From a bacterium (GTDB lineage: Bacteria > UBA8248), in the NCBI GenBank assembly GCA_965203325.1, contig OZ241875.1, forward strand, positions 160,001 to 224,000: a DNA stretch of 64,000 bases, given 5' to 3'. The translations under genes and the position numbers were made by a program. Below, one piece after another: positions 1-8,195 of the stretch. The notes under the pieces are model-generated. The model saw nothing but the letters and a program-made list of their open reading frames with translations. It was not told the origin of the DNA and made no database searches. How positions within the stretch are numbered: the first letter of the stretch is position 1; every line of letters begins with the position of its first letter.

Positions 1-297
1 ACGCAGGATATGTTCGACGTGTATCTCATGTTCATATTCGGCGCGGTCGGCTATATATTCCGCAAGCTCGACTATCCCCTCGCCCCGATGGTGCTGGCCC
101 TGGTCCTGGGCGGGCTGACGGAGCGCACCTTCCGCCAGAGCATGATCATGAGCCACGGGAACCCGGGCATCTTCTTCGACTTCGCGGGCCACCCCATCGC
201 GGCGGCCTTGATGATGGTTTCCCTCGTCTTGTTCATCCTGCCGCTTATTCCGATGATATTCAGGTTCAGGGTTTCCCGGGCGGGCACTTCGGCCTGA
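1..297 (+). CDS. tctA: Tripartite tricarboxylate transporter permease TctA, C-terminal part (5' end outside window)
   Basis: Open from base 1; GYIFRKLDYPLAPMVLALVLGGLTERTFRQSMIMS matches the TctA C-terminus. Confidence 0.85.
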   Translation, partial: TQDMFDVYLMFIFGAVGYIFRKLDYPLAPMVLALVLGGLTERTFRQSMIMSHGNPGIFFDFAGHPIAAALMMVSLVLFILPLIPMIFRFRVSRAGTSA

Positions 298-371
298 TCG
301 GGTGAGGTTCCACCCCGGAAGCATCGCTGATGCACCTCCGGCTGCCGACCGCCTTCGGGCGGCAAGCCACC

Positions 372-953
372 TTACGGCGTGATGAACTCCCAGCGGGAAA
401 GCTTGGGATCCGCCCTATCGCAATCGTCCACAAACAGGGTTCGCCAGCGGTCGGCGCTTGAGTAGGTGGCGGCGGAGACGGCACCGACCGCGAGGCACAG
501 GTTGGAATTCTTGAGGACCAGCTTGCCGTCGGCTTTCAGCTCGAAACGCTGAAAATTGGCGGCGTTGAAGAAGATGGACGAGGTGCTGCAATCGGCGAGC
601 ATCGCGGCGGCGCCCGGCAGGGCGCCCCGGTTCACGCCGGCAATGGTCACGCACTTGTTGGGCGCCGGAAACCGGATATAGCCTTCCGGTGTAAACACGA
701 CGGCCGCGTCCGGCGGCAGCCCGACCTTACAATTGTGGGCGAACAGCGGGATATCCGTGCGCAGATTGCCGGGGGTGCCCGGAATGTCGATGCAATAGCC
801 GTCCCGCGGCCGGTCGAGACGGTCGATGAGGCGCAGATGCTGCTCGGCAGCGGCAGCGGCCTTTGCGCTGACGATGGTCAACAGACCGCCGATGAGGCCA
901 CAAGCGGCAATCGTGTGAAGAACCTTCAAGAACCTCTTCAGATGAATTCTCAA
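372..953 (-). CDS. Secreted ricin-type beta-trefoil (RICIN) domain protein
   Basis: Hydrophobic N-terminus, then Cys-paired repeats (GYCIDI..HNC, KCVTI..LADC, QRFEL..LCLAV..DDC..SRW). Confidence 0.65.
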   Translation of the reverse strand: MRIHLKRFLKVLHTIAACGLIGGLLTIVSAKAAAAAEQHLRLIDRLDRPRDGYCIDIPGTPGNLRTDIPLFAHNCKVGLPPDAAVVFTPEGYIRFPAPNKCVTIAGVNRGALPGAAAMLADCSTSSIFFNAANFQRFELKADGKLVLKNSNLCLAVGAVSAATYSSADRWRTLFVDDCDRADPKLSRWEFITP

Positions 954-1060
954 CTCGCCCCTCCAAACGGGTGCGCAACCACGGGCAGAATACCAGCCCC
1001 GCCGCCGCGACCGCTTCCTGCATTAGCGCCCGGTCGCGCGGCCCAAACGAGGAGCCACAA

Positions 1061-1213
1061 GCCATCAGCGACAATCCGAAGTCTACCTTCGTCCCGCGCG
1101 TCCGCGCCGTCAAGCCGCGCGGGAAGCGCTACGACATCCGCGACGATGTAATCCCCGGCCTGTTTCTGCGCGTCTTCCCTACCGGTGCGCGCAGCTTCGC
1201 CCACGACCGATAA
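1061..1213 (+). pseudogene. Fragment of a tyrosine-integrase Arm-type DNA-binding domain
   Basis: VRAVKPRGKRYDIRDDVIPGLFLRVFPTGARSF is a typical phage-integrase arm motif; no good start, stops at once, no catalytic domain. Confidence 0.7.
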
Positions 1214-1269
1214 CGCATCGACAATAGCACCTCAGCGCTCCGGGTCGCGGAGCACGTCGAAAGCGTGCA

Positions 1270-1911
1270 TCAATCCGGCGCGACCGCCTCGCCCGTGTAA
1301 AAGGCCGCCGTACGCTGCGCCGCTGCGCGCGCGACGTCGGCGTCCGTTCCCGCTGCCTCGGCCGCCCGGCCCCACGCCGCACTGCTTCCGACGATGAGCG
1401 CCTTTCCGTCACGAGTCGTGTGGAACGTTGCCCCGTCCAACTTGGGTTCGTTCGGCCGCGTAAGATGCAGTTCCAGCCCCAGCAAGCCCATCTCCCAACC
1501 TACGCCGACGGCGCCGGGACCGAACTTGTGCCAGTGGTCCGACACCAGCGCGGTATGCGTAATCGCAAGGCGCGAGCGGCCGGTACTATCGTTACACAGA
1601 CGCGCCTCCACCCAGCTCACTTCATCGCCCAACTCCCACGTCAGCCCGAGATATGAGGGACACTCGCAGTGCCTGATCGTGCCGCCTGCGTTTCCCTCCA
1701 GTTGGTAGCGACCGCCGGGTTCGAGGCGGCCGCTGACTGGCAGGAACCAGCGCGGGATTCGTTCCGCGCTCGTCACGGCGTCCCAGAGGTCCTCCACTGT
1801 CGTCGCGTAGCTGCGGGCCAAGGTGACCGCGCGAGCGGCCTGTCCGTCGCGCTCCAGGGACGACACTGTGCGCTCCACGGCGTCGAGGAGGCGTTCGACA
1901 TCCAGGTCCAT
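1270..1911 (-). CDS. SRPBCC / AHSA1-like START-fold protein
   Basis: ARSYATTVEDLWDAVTSAERIPRWFLPVSG and GPGAVGVGW motifs; ATG at 1911 after GAGGAA. Confidence 0.85.
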   Translation of the reverse strand: MDLDVERLLDAVERTVSSLERDGQAARAVTLARSYATTVEDLWDAVTSAERIPRWFLPVSGRLEPGGRYQLEGNAGGTIRHCECPSYLGLTWELGDEVSWVEARLCNDSTGRSRLAITHTALVSDHWHKFGPGAVGVGWEMGLLGLELHLTRPNEPKLDGATFHTTRDGKALIVGSSAAWGRAAEAAGTDADVARAAAQRTAAFYTGEAVAPD

Positions 1912-2496
1912 GGCTTCCTCCGTTTCGTCAAGCAGGCGATTATCCAGGTACATGCCACTGCGTACAGCAAATCAAGCCGCGTGGACGATGGCTCGGACCG
2001 TCCACAAGGTCGCAGACCGTCCGACAACAGCAAGTCGGAAGCCCGCCCAATGGCGACACGCCTCGACGAGCACGAGCGCCAACAGATGGCCCGGCACTTC
2101 CTTCCCCGCAACTGTCACCCGCGGTGCGGCGACCGTTGTGCGATCTGATGACCGCTTCCCCTCTGCGTCAATGTATACGTTACCCGGCACTTCGCGCCCG
2201 AGACAACGAGTCCGGCGGCTGTCATGCCGCCCCGCATTGTCTTGTTACCTCGTGCTTCCTGTACTGCCGCCCGGAAGCCGCGCGACGGTTCGTGGGACGC
2301 GTTCCCGCAAGTGCGCGGCGGGCGCTGCCGCTCAAGCGCCGCTCGGGCCAAGTGCTGATTGACAACGGCTTTCTTCCCCCGAGTGCTTGTGGGGCCAGGA
2401 AGCGGATGGACGACGCCCTTCGGCGCGTGGTTCTCACACCAGACGCATTCTTCAGTCGAAGGGTGTTGCGGCCTGCAGATTTTGAGAGATGAAACT

Positions 2497-3393
2497 TCAG
2501 GCGTCCATCGCGCACCGGAAGCCGATGTTGAAGTTCTTGTACCAGGGCTCGAAGCCCTCTCTCGCCGAGCACCTAAGGCTGTCTTCGATGTAATCCCAGC
2601 CGCAGCCCCGGGCGACCTTGGCCGTCCAGGCGTAGCCCGCCCGGCGCGGAAGCCAGCCCTCGGTGTCGCCGAAACGGATCCTGTAGCTGTCCTCGTCGCG
2701 GTGGAGGATTTCGTAGCGCTCGCCGCGTTTGACTTCGCCCAGGCTCAGGCTGCCTCCGCCCGGAACGGCGAACACGGGCACCTTCGCCATCGCCACTTCG
2801 AAGGTCGGCTTCTCCAGCCCCCGGGGGTTCTCCGCCGGGCCCGTCTGGTAGTAAAACCCGTCGAACCAGTCCGACACCCACTCGAAGACGTTTCCGGCCA
2901 TCTGCACGCAACCGTAGGGAGAGGCGCTCTCTTCGAACCCGCTCACGTTGGCGGGACAGTGGATATCCGTTTCCGTACTCGCGTAGACGGCCCGTCCGGG
3001 AGAGGGTTCATCCTCGCCCCATGGATACTTGCGCCCATCCGTTCCGCGCGCCGCCTTCTCCCACTCCGCCTCGGTCGGCAGACGCTTGCCCACCCAGCGG
3101 GCGTAGGCGTTCGCCTCCTCCCAACTGATGCTGACGATGGGCTGTTCCGGCCCCACGAAATCATCCCTCGCGAATGAGGGAGGCGGCGGAAACGCTTCGG
3201 TCTCCTCCAGGAAGGCGCGGTACTGCGCGTTCGTCACGCAGTATTTGTCGATCCAGAAAGCGTCGAGCGTAACCTCGCGCTCCGGACGCTCGTCCGCGTT
3301 GCCGACGTCGGAACCCATCAGGAAGGCTCCTTCGGGCACGCACACCATCGCGGCCTCGTCTTTCCCTTTTTTCATTTCCCTCGCTTCGTTCAT
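2497..3393 (-). CDS. Formylglycine-generating enzyme (SUMF1/EgtB/PvdO) family protein with an SH3-like insertion
   Basis: FLMGS, VTNAQY, RLPTEAEWEKAARG, MAGNVFEWVSDW and NIGFRC motifs. Confidence 0.85.
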   Translation of the reverse strand: MNEAREMKKGKDEAAMVCVPEGAFLMGSDVGNADERPEREVTLDAFWIDKYCVTNAQYRAFLEETEAFPPPPSFARDDFVGPEQPIVSISWEEANAYARWVGKRLPTEAEWEKAARGTDGRKYPWGEDEPSPGRAVYASTETDIHCPANVSGFEESASPYGCVQMAGNVFEWVSDWFDGFYYQTGPAENPRGLEKPTFEVAMAKVPVFAVPGGGSLSLGEVKRGERYEILHRDEDSYRIRFGDTEGWLPRRAGYAWTAKVARGCGWDYIEDSLRCSAREGFEPWYKNFNIGFRCAMDA

Positions 3394-3421
3394 CTTCGTC
3401 TCTTCGGAGCAGGCAATAGCG

Positions 3422-3451
3422 AAAAAGAGCGGGACCCCGAAGGGCCCCGCC
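3422..3451 (-). terminator. Rho-independent terminator after the oxidoreductase operon
   Basis: Minus strand GGCGGGGCCC-TTCG-GGGTCCCGCTC-TTTTT, 30 nt past the beta-subunit stop. Confidence 0.75.
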
Positions 3452-3480
3452 CTGGACTTGCCGGTTCTTCGTTCCCTACC

Positions 3481-4509
3481 CTACTTCTTGCTCGGGTCGT
3501 TCACCTTGAAGGGGATGACGCCGGGAACCATCCAGTCGTCCCACATCTTGTCGACTTCGCTCTGGAAGTATTCGTAGTCTTCCTCTACGAAGTGGTGGAA
3601 GCGGCCCTGCGTTTCCAGGTACTCACGCACCGGCTTGCGGCGGCGCTTGCCGTACACCTGCCGTGCCGAAATGCCCGTATAGGTGAGCGCCCCGTCCGTC
3701 ATCTCCCAGAGCGGGAAGAGCCCCGTCTCCACGGCCAGTTCGCCGAGCTTGTGGGAGTAGAACGGGTCGTAGTCCCAGCCTTTGGGGCACGGGTCGAGCG
3801 TGTGCACGAAGGCGGGCCCCTTCACGGCCAGCGCCTTGCGGACCTTGTCGATCAGATCCGCCGGGTAGGAGGCGTCCGCCGTCGCCACGTAGTTGCAGCG
3901 CGTGTGGCCGACCGCGTACATGGCGGCGATGTTCTTTTTCCAGCAGTCGTGCATGATGCGGAACTTCTTGCCCGGAGGCGTGAACGTCGTGTTGGCGCCC
4001 CACGGAGACGCGCCCGAAATCTGGATGTCGGTGTTGGCGTACGACTCGTTGTCGTAGCAGATGATCGCCAGATTGTATTTCGCGTGCATGAGCGCCGCCG
4101 AGATGGACGAGACGCCCATGTCGATGCCGCCGCCGTCGCCGCAGAAGGCGATGACGTTGATGGGCTCTTCCTTCATCTTGCCCTTGCGCATGAGCGCCCG
4201 GAGCGCCGCCGCCGTTCCCGTGGCAGCAGAACCCGAAGAGCCCAGCTGCGTGTGCATCCACGGCACGACCCAGGGGGTGCTGTAGTACGTGGTGTTCGCC
4301 ACGTACATGCAGCCCGTGCTGCCCAGGATGATGGAGCGGGGGCCGGCCGCCTTGGCCATGAGGCGCATGATGAGCGCGCTCTCACAACCCTGGCACGTCC
4401 TGTGTCCGCTGGTGAAATACTCTTCCACCGCCTTTTCGGGGATGGCGTTCACCTTCCCCATCAAGGGAAGTTCCTGTGTCCCGATGTTGTATTCAGAGGT
4501 TTCGGCCAT
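3481..4509 (-). CDS. 2-oxoacid:ferredoxin oxidoreductase beta (TPP-binding) subunit, oxalate oxidoreductase-like
   Basis: GHRTCQGC, GCMYVANT, GDGG...YDNESYANT TPP motif, PCPKGW. Confidence 0.9.
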   Translation of the reverse strand: MAETSEYNIGTQELPLMGKVNAIPEKAVEEYFTSGHRTCQGCESALIMRLMAKAAGPRSIILGSTGCMYVANTTYYSTPWVVPWMHTQLGSSGSAATGTAAALRALMRKGKMKEEPINVIAFCGDGGGIDMGVSSISAALMHAKYNLAIICYDNESYANTDIQISGASPWGANTTFTPPGKKFRIMHDCWKKNIAAMYAVGHTRCNYVATADASYPADLIDKVRKALAVKGPAFVHTLDPCPKGWDYDPFYSHKLGELAVETGLFPLWEMTDGALTYTGISARQVYGKRRRKPVREYLETQGRFHHFVEEDYEYFQSEVDKMWDDWMVPGVIPFKVNDPSKK

Positions 4510-4512
4510 GAT

Positions 4513-5730
4513 TTAGTCCCTCACTCCGATCCAGTCGACATCGTTGTCGGCCGCATCGTTCTGACCCATGGAAATGACCTTGTCAGCCATCAGCTTGACG
4601 TCTTCGAGCAGCACCTCACGGCCACCGAGGCCGCAGACGAATCCTTTCATGTGAGGCACCTTGTCCGCCCCGTACATGGCGGCTTTCACTTCGTTGAACA
4701 CTATACCACCATGATAGGGAGAACCAAACGAGTAGTCACGGTCAATGACGCCCACCGCCTTGAATCGCGAGAGCGACGCACGCAGTTCTTCCGTCGGGAA
4801 GGGGCGGAACCACTTGAGGCGAACCATGCCGACCTTCTTGCCTTCCTTGCGCATCTCGCGGATGGCGACCTTCACCGGCAGGCTCAGCGTCCCCATGCCG
4901 CACAGCACGACGTCGGCGTCCTCGGTCATGTACTCATCGAGGAAGGGGTCCGTGTCCACGCCGAAAGTCTTGCTGAAATCGGCGTGTGCTTCCTTGAGCA
5001 CGGTGTAGGCGTTTTTCGCCGCCTCGCTGCTCTGGCGCCTCACCTCCATCAGCCAGTCTTCGTTCGCCTGGGGCGCGATGGTGATCGGGTTGTCGGGGTG
5101 AAGCAGCAGGTCGCCCCTGTCGTAGGGCGGGAGGAACGCGTTGACTTCCTCCTGGCCGGGCAGCCGCACCGTCGCCTGGCTGTGCGTCAGGAACGCGCCG
5201 TCCATCGCGATGGCGCACGGCAGGTAGACTCTCGGGTCCTCGGCGACGCGATAGGCAAGTAGACCCAGTTCGACGACTTCCTGCGCCGTGTCGGGGAAGT
5301 TGATCATCCAGCCCAGATCGCGCACCAGCATGGCGTCGTTGTGCTCGGTGCCGAACGCGCCGGGATCATCCAACGCGCGGCAGCCCACCAGGGCCACCAT
5401 GGGCAGCCTGAGGCCCGCCGTAACAGCCAGCGGTTCCATCGCGTAGAGCCAGCCCACGCCGCTCGAACCGGTGAACACGCGCGCGCCGCAGGCCGAGGCG
5501 TGCTTGACGATCTCGAACTGGCCGTGCTCGCTCTCCGCCGGAATGTAGTCGGCGTCGAAATCGCCCTCGGCGATGAACTTGGAAACGTACTGCATCACGG
5601 TGTCATACGGCCGGATCGGATACGCCGTGATGACATCCACGTCGGCGAGGCGGCAGACGTGCGCCATGACCTCGCTTCCGGTGAGGAGATGAACTCCCGC
5701 ACCCTGTTGCTGTTCGGTAGCTGTTGCCAT
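4513..5730 (-). CDS. 2-oxoacid:ferredoxin oxidoreductase alpha subunit, oxalate oxidoreductase-like
   Basis: AYPIRP (YPITP in PFOR), ESEH, RVFTGSSGVG, FRPFP, GLGGR. Confidence 0.9.
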   Translation of the reverse strand: MATATEQQQGAGVHLLTGSEVMAHVCRLADVDVITAYPIRPYDTVMQYVSKFIAEGDFDADYIPAESEHGQFEIVKHASACGARVFTGSSGVGWLYAMEPLAVTAGLRLPMVALVGCRALDDPGAFGTEHNDAMLVRDLGWMINFPDTAQEVVELGLLAYRVAEDPRVYLPCAIAMDGAFLTHSQATVRLPGQEEVNAFLPPYDRGDLLLHPDNPITIAPQANEDWLMEVRRQSSEAAKNAYTVLKEAHADFSKTFGVDTDPFLDEYMTEDADVVLCGMGTLSLPVKVAIREMRKEGKKVGMVRLKWFRPFPTEELRASLSRFKAVGVIDRDYSFGSPYHGGIVFNEVKAAMYGADKVPHMKGFVCGLGGREVLLEDVKLMADKVISMGQNDAADNDVDWIGVRD

Positions 5731-5748
5731 CAGTTCGCTCCTATTATC

Positions 5749-6939
5749 CTATTTGAGGTCCTGGAGAGATTTGACCTGGGCCGTTTCGGGGTTGTGACCC
5801 ATCTCGATGCCGATGCCTGAGAACGCCTGCCCGAGACCGGTGATGGGGTGACGACCCTCTATCTTGCCGGTGCTGATCTTCTCGTCCATGTATTTGTCGT
5901 AATCTTCCTTGTTCTCCTGCCACATCTGCCACTGGCTGTCGCGCTCTTCGAAGACGACCTCGTTCACCATGGTGATGCAGTCCTTGACGGGGCAGATGGC
6001 CTCGCACACGCCGCAGCCGCAGCAGGCTTCCATGTTGGCGTCGAAGAAGCCGTCCGGCGTGACGTCGAAACAGGTGTCCGGGCACGCGACCCAGCACAGG
6101 GTGCATTTCGTGCACTTATCGAACGAGACGACCGGACGCATGGTGCGGGTCGACCATTTCTTGAAGTAGGGGTTGCGTCCCGGCTCATAGCCGCCCTCGC
6201 CGCCCCGGAAGCCCTCGTGGCCGCCCACGCCGTCGATGACGACGCCCTGACGCATTTCGTGCCACTTGAGGAGTTCGAACGTGAAGGGGACTTCATCGTT
6301 GCCCTGGCCCGGTTCGATTTCGACGGGACGCAGGTCTTCATAAACTTCTCTCGCGGCTTCGACGTGTGTTTCCGAGCCGATGTTCTCGCGAATCGCCGAT
6401 TCAAGCGACGCGATGGAGCACATGCTGGGCTCGGCCTTGAGGGCCGCCGCCAGACAGCGCGCGTCGGTGCCGTCGTCCTTGTACACCCAGAGGCCGGCGA
6501 AGCTCGCCTCGCCGGGGATGATAGCCAGCTTGTAGGGCGTGTCCCTGCGGTGGATGTGCTGGACGAGTTCGTCTTCTTTCTGGTTGGACGTGACGATCAG
6601 CGTGCCGCCGGGCTTCGTGACGGCGTTGATGGGCTGAAGGCCGTACCATGCCCACGATTCCACGCCCTTGCACAGGGTGTCGTCCACACAGATGGAGATG
6701 TCCACCTGCTTCGGCTCATACTGCGCCGCCACGGTCTCGAGCTCTTCCTCGTTGTCCGCGATGTAGCCGAACTGCTTGGCCGGAATTCCGTTTCGCTCGG
6801 GCGAATCGCTGTAGCGCCCGAAGGAGATGCCCGGCTTTCCTTCTTTCACGGCCGCGAGGATCAACGTCCGTGAAATTTTCACCGCAAGGCTTTTCTGGAA
6901 AATTCCTCTGTAAATGACTTCAAACGATATGACGCTCAC
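5749..6939 (-). CDS. 2-oxoacid:ferredoxin oxidoreductase fused gamma-delta subunit with 2x[4Fe-4S], OOR delta-like
   Basis: N-terminal domain III (YSDSPERNGIP); C-terminal CTKCTLCWVACP and CCGCGVCEAICP; GTG start. Confidence 0.88.
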   Translation of the reverse strand: MSVISFEVIYRGIFQKSLAVKISRTLILAAVKEGKPGISFGRYSDSPERNGIPAKQFGYIADNEEELETVAAQYEPKQVDISICVDDTLCKGVESWAWYGLQPINAVTKPGGTLIVTSNQKEDELVQHIHRRDTPYKLAIIPGEASFAGLWVYKDDGTDARCLAAALKAEPSMCSIASLESAIRENIGSETHVEAAREVYEDLRPVEIEPGQGNDEVPFTFELLKWHEMRQGVVIDGVGGHEGFRGGEGGYEPGRNPYFKKWSTRTMRPVVSFDKCTKCTLCWVACPDTCFDVTPDGFFDANMEACCGCGVCEAICPVKDCITMVNEVVFEERDSQWQMWQENKEDYDKYMDEKISTGKIEGRHPITGLGQAFSGIGIEMGHNPETAQVKSLQDLK

Positions 6940-7010
6940 ATTCGATACCCCCCACTTAGAGTTGAAGAACCAAAACTTTTTGCTTTAAGGCTTTGTTCCC
7001 TGAAAGTCGG

Positions 7011-7754
7011 TTATTCCGATTCGAGTTTCGCCAGATGATCCAGTTTCAAATGGGCTTCGGCCTCGCTGCCCTCAATCTCGACCAGATGGCCGATCATTCC
7101 CGCCATCGCCCTGTTCTTGTCCTTGTCCAAAACGGCGCCCAGAATCTTCTGGTGCGCTTCCCACGAGCGGAAGCGGACATTCCCGTCACGGCGAAGCGAG
7201 CGTTCCCGCATTTCGCTCAGGGAATTGAGCAGACTGCTCAGCAGATGATGGAGGAATTGATTCTTGGCGGCCTCTGCGAGTTCGAGATGAAACTGGGTAT
7301 CCTCCCTCAAACCGAGTCTTCCGCCTTCTATCGCATCATGCTGCCGCTGGATAGTATCTTCGAGCATAACCAACTCCGCCTCAGTCGCGCGCTCGGCGGC
7401 CAGGGCGGCGATTTGCGGCTCCAGCACCATGCGCGCCTCGAAAAGATCGTGGATGCCGCTCGCCGCGTCGGAGGAGACTTTTTCGGAAATCATGGGGAGC
7501 AGGGCCTCAGGCTGCGCCGTGACGAACGTGCCCTCCCCCTGCTTCGTCTCGACGAGCCTGGCGGATTCCAGCGAACGCGTGGCTTCGCGCACCGAATTGC
7601 GGCCCACGCCGAATTGCTCGCAAAGCTCACGCTCCGACGGCAGCTTTTCGCCGGGCTTGATTTCGCCCTCCAGTATCAAAGCCGTGAGTTGTTCGACGAT
7701 GGCCTCGTAGACGCGCGTCTTCTTCACCGTCTGTAGTCTGTCGCTGATGACCAC
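7011..7754 (-). CDS. FadR/GntR family transcriptional regulator (PdhR/LldR/GlcC-like)
   Basis: KPGEKLPSERELCEQFGVGRNSVREA wHTH plus FCD domain (FHLELAEAAKN). Confidence 0.92.
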   Translation of the reverse strand: MVISDRLQTVKKTRVYEAIVEQLTALILEGEIKPGEKLPSERELCEQFGVGRNSVREATRSLESARLVETKQGEGTFVTAQPEALLPMISEKVSSDAASGIHDLFEARMVLEPQIAALAAERATEAELVMLEDTIQRQHDAIEGGRLGLREDTQFHLELAEAAKNQFLHHLLSSLLNSLSEMRERSLRRDGNVRFRSWEAHQKILGAVLDKDKNRAMAGMIGHLVEIEGSEAEAHLKLDHLAKLESE

Positions 7755-7806
7755 GCTTCAAGCCCCCGAATAAGTGCCTCACAGAGAGGCTTATCACCTT
7801 ATGGGA

Positions 7807-7817
7807 TTGTCCTACCA
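7807..7817. promoter_or_regulatory. Putative FadR-family operator TGGTAGGACAA
   Basis: Fits the TxGT-N3-ACxA consensus; sits just downstream of the -10 box, around the predicted transcription start. Confidence 0.65.
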
Positions 7818-7820
7818 GTA

Positions 7821-7849
7821 AATTTACGTCTGTTTCCGGGAGGTGTCAA
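7821..7849 (-). promoter_or_regulatory. Sigma70 promoter of the gntR-oxidoreductase operon
   Basis: TTGACA (7849-7844), 17-bp spacer, TAAATT (7826-7821). Confidence 0.75.
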
Positions 7850-7984
7850 CCGTAAATACGGGAAAATGCCGGGTTTTAGGGTCCGAATATGCGGAAATCG
7901 GCGATATCCATTGCCTTCATTTCACTTCCCCATCGGAATTCAGGGTTTCAGTAGGGACTTGTCCGACCTTCGAGACTGTTCGCC

Positions 7985-8073
7985 GTAGGGACAGGCCCCG
8001 TGCCTGTCCGCTCGAATCACAACCACGGGGGTGGACAAATCCGATACGGGCGGCCACGGGGGGCCGCCCCTGC
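7985..8073. repeat. Inverted doublet of GTAG-family REP-like palindromes (REPIN-like)
   Basis: GTAGGGACAGGCCCCGTGCCTGTCC (7985-8009) and inverted GCAGGGGCGGCCCCCCGTGGCCGCCC (8073-8048); the second unit recurs at 56006-56031. Confidence 0.75.
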
Positions 8074-8195
8074 GAAGCCTCTTCGTTCATCATCCCGATG
8101 CCCGCCCCTAAGGTCATCCCCGCCTACCCCCGCCTCCGTCAAAATGCTAGGATTTCCCGTCTTCAATTTCGCCTCATCATCTTCTCGATGAAAGA

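Noticed and set aside
3592..5262. Long opposite-strand ORFs (556 aa here; also 5848-6873, 16838-18052, 31370-32431, 53845-55077, 59656-61158)
   Set aside because: Antisense shadows of well-supported genes, expected in GC-rich DNA; no recognisable motifs.
3481..6939. Ordinary pyruvate:ferredoxin oxidoreductase (porABGD)
   Set aside because: YPIRP instead of YPITP, no Gly-rich CoA loop, and OOR-type motifs; not named oor either because the Asp116 equivalent is missing.
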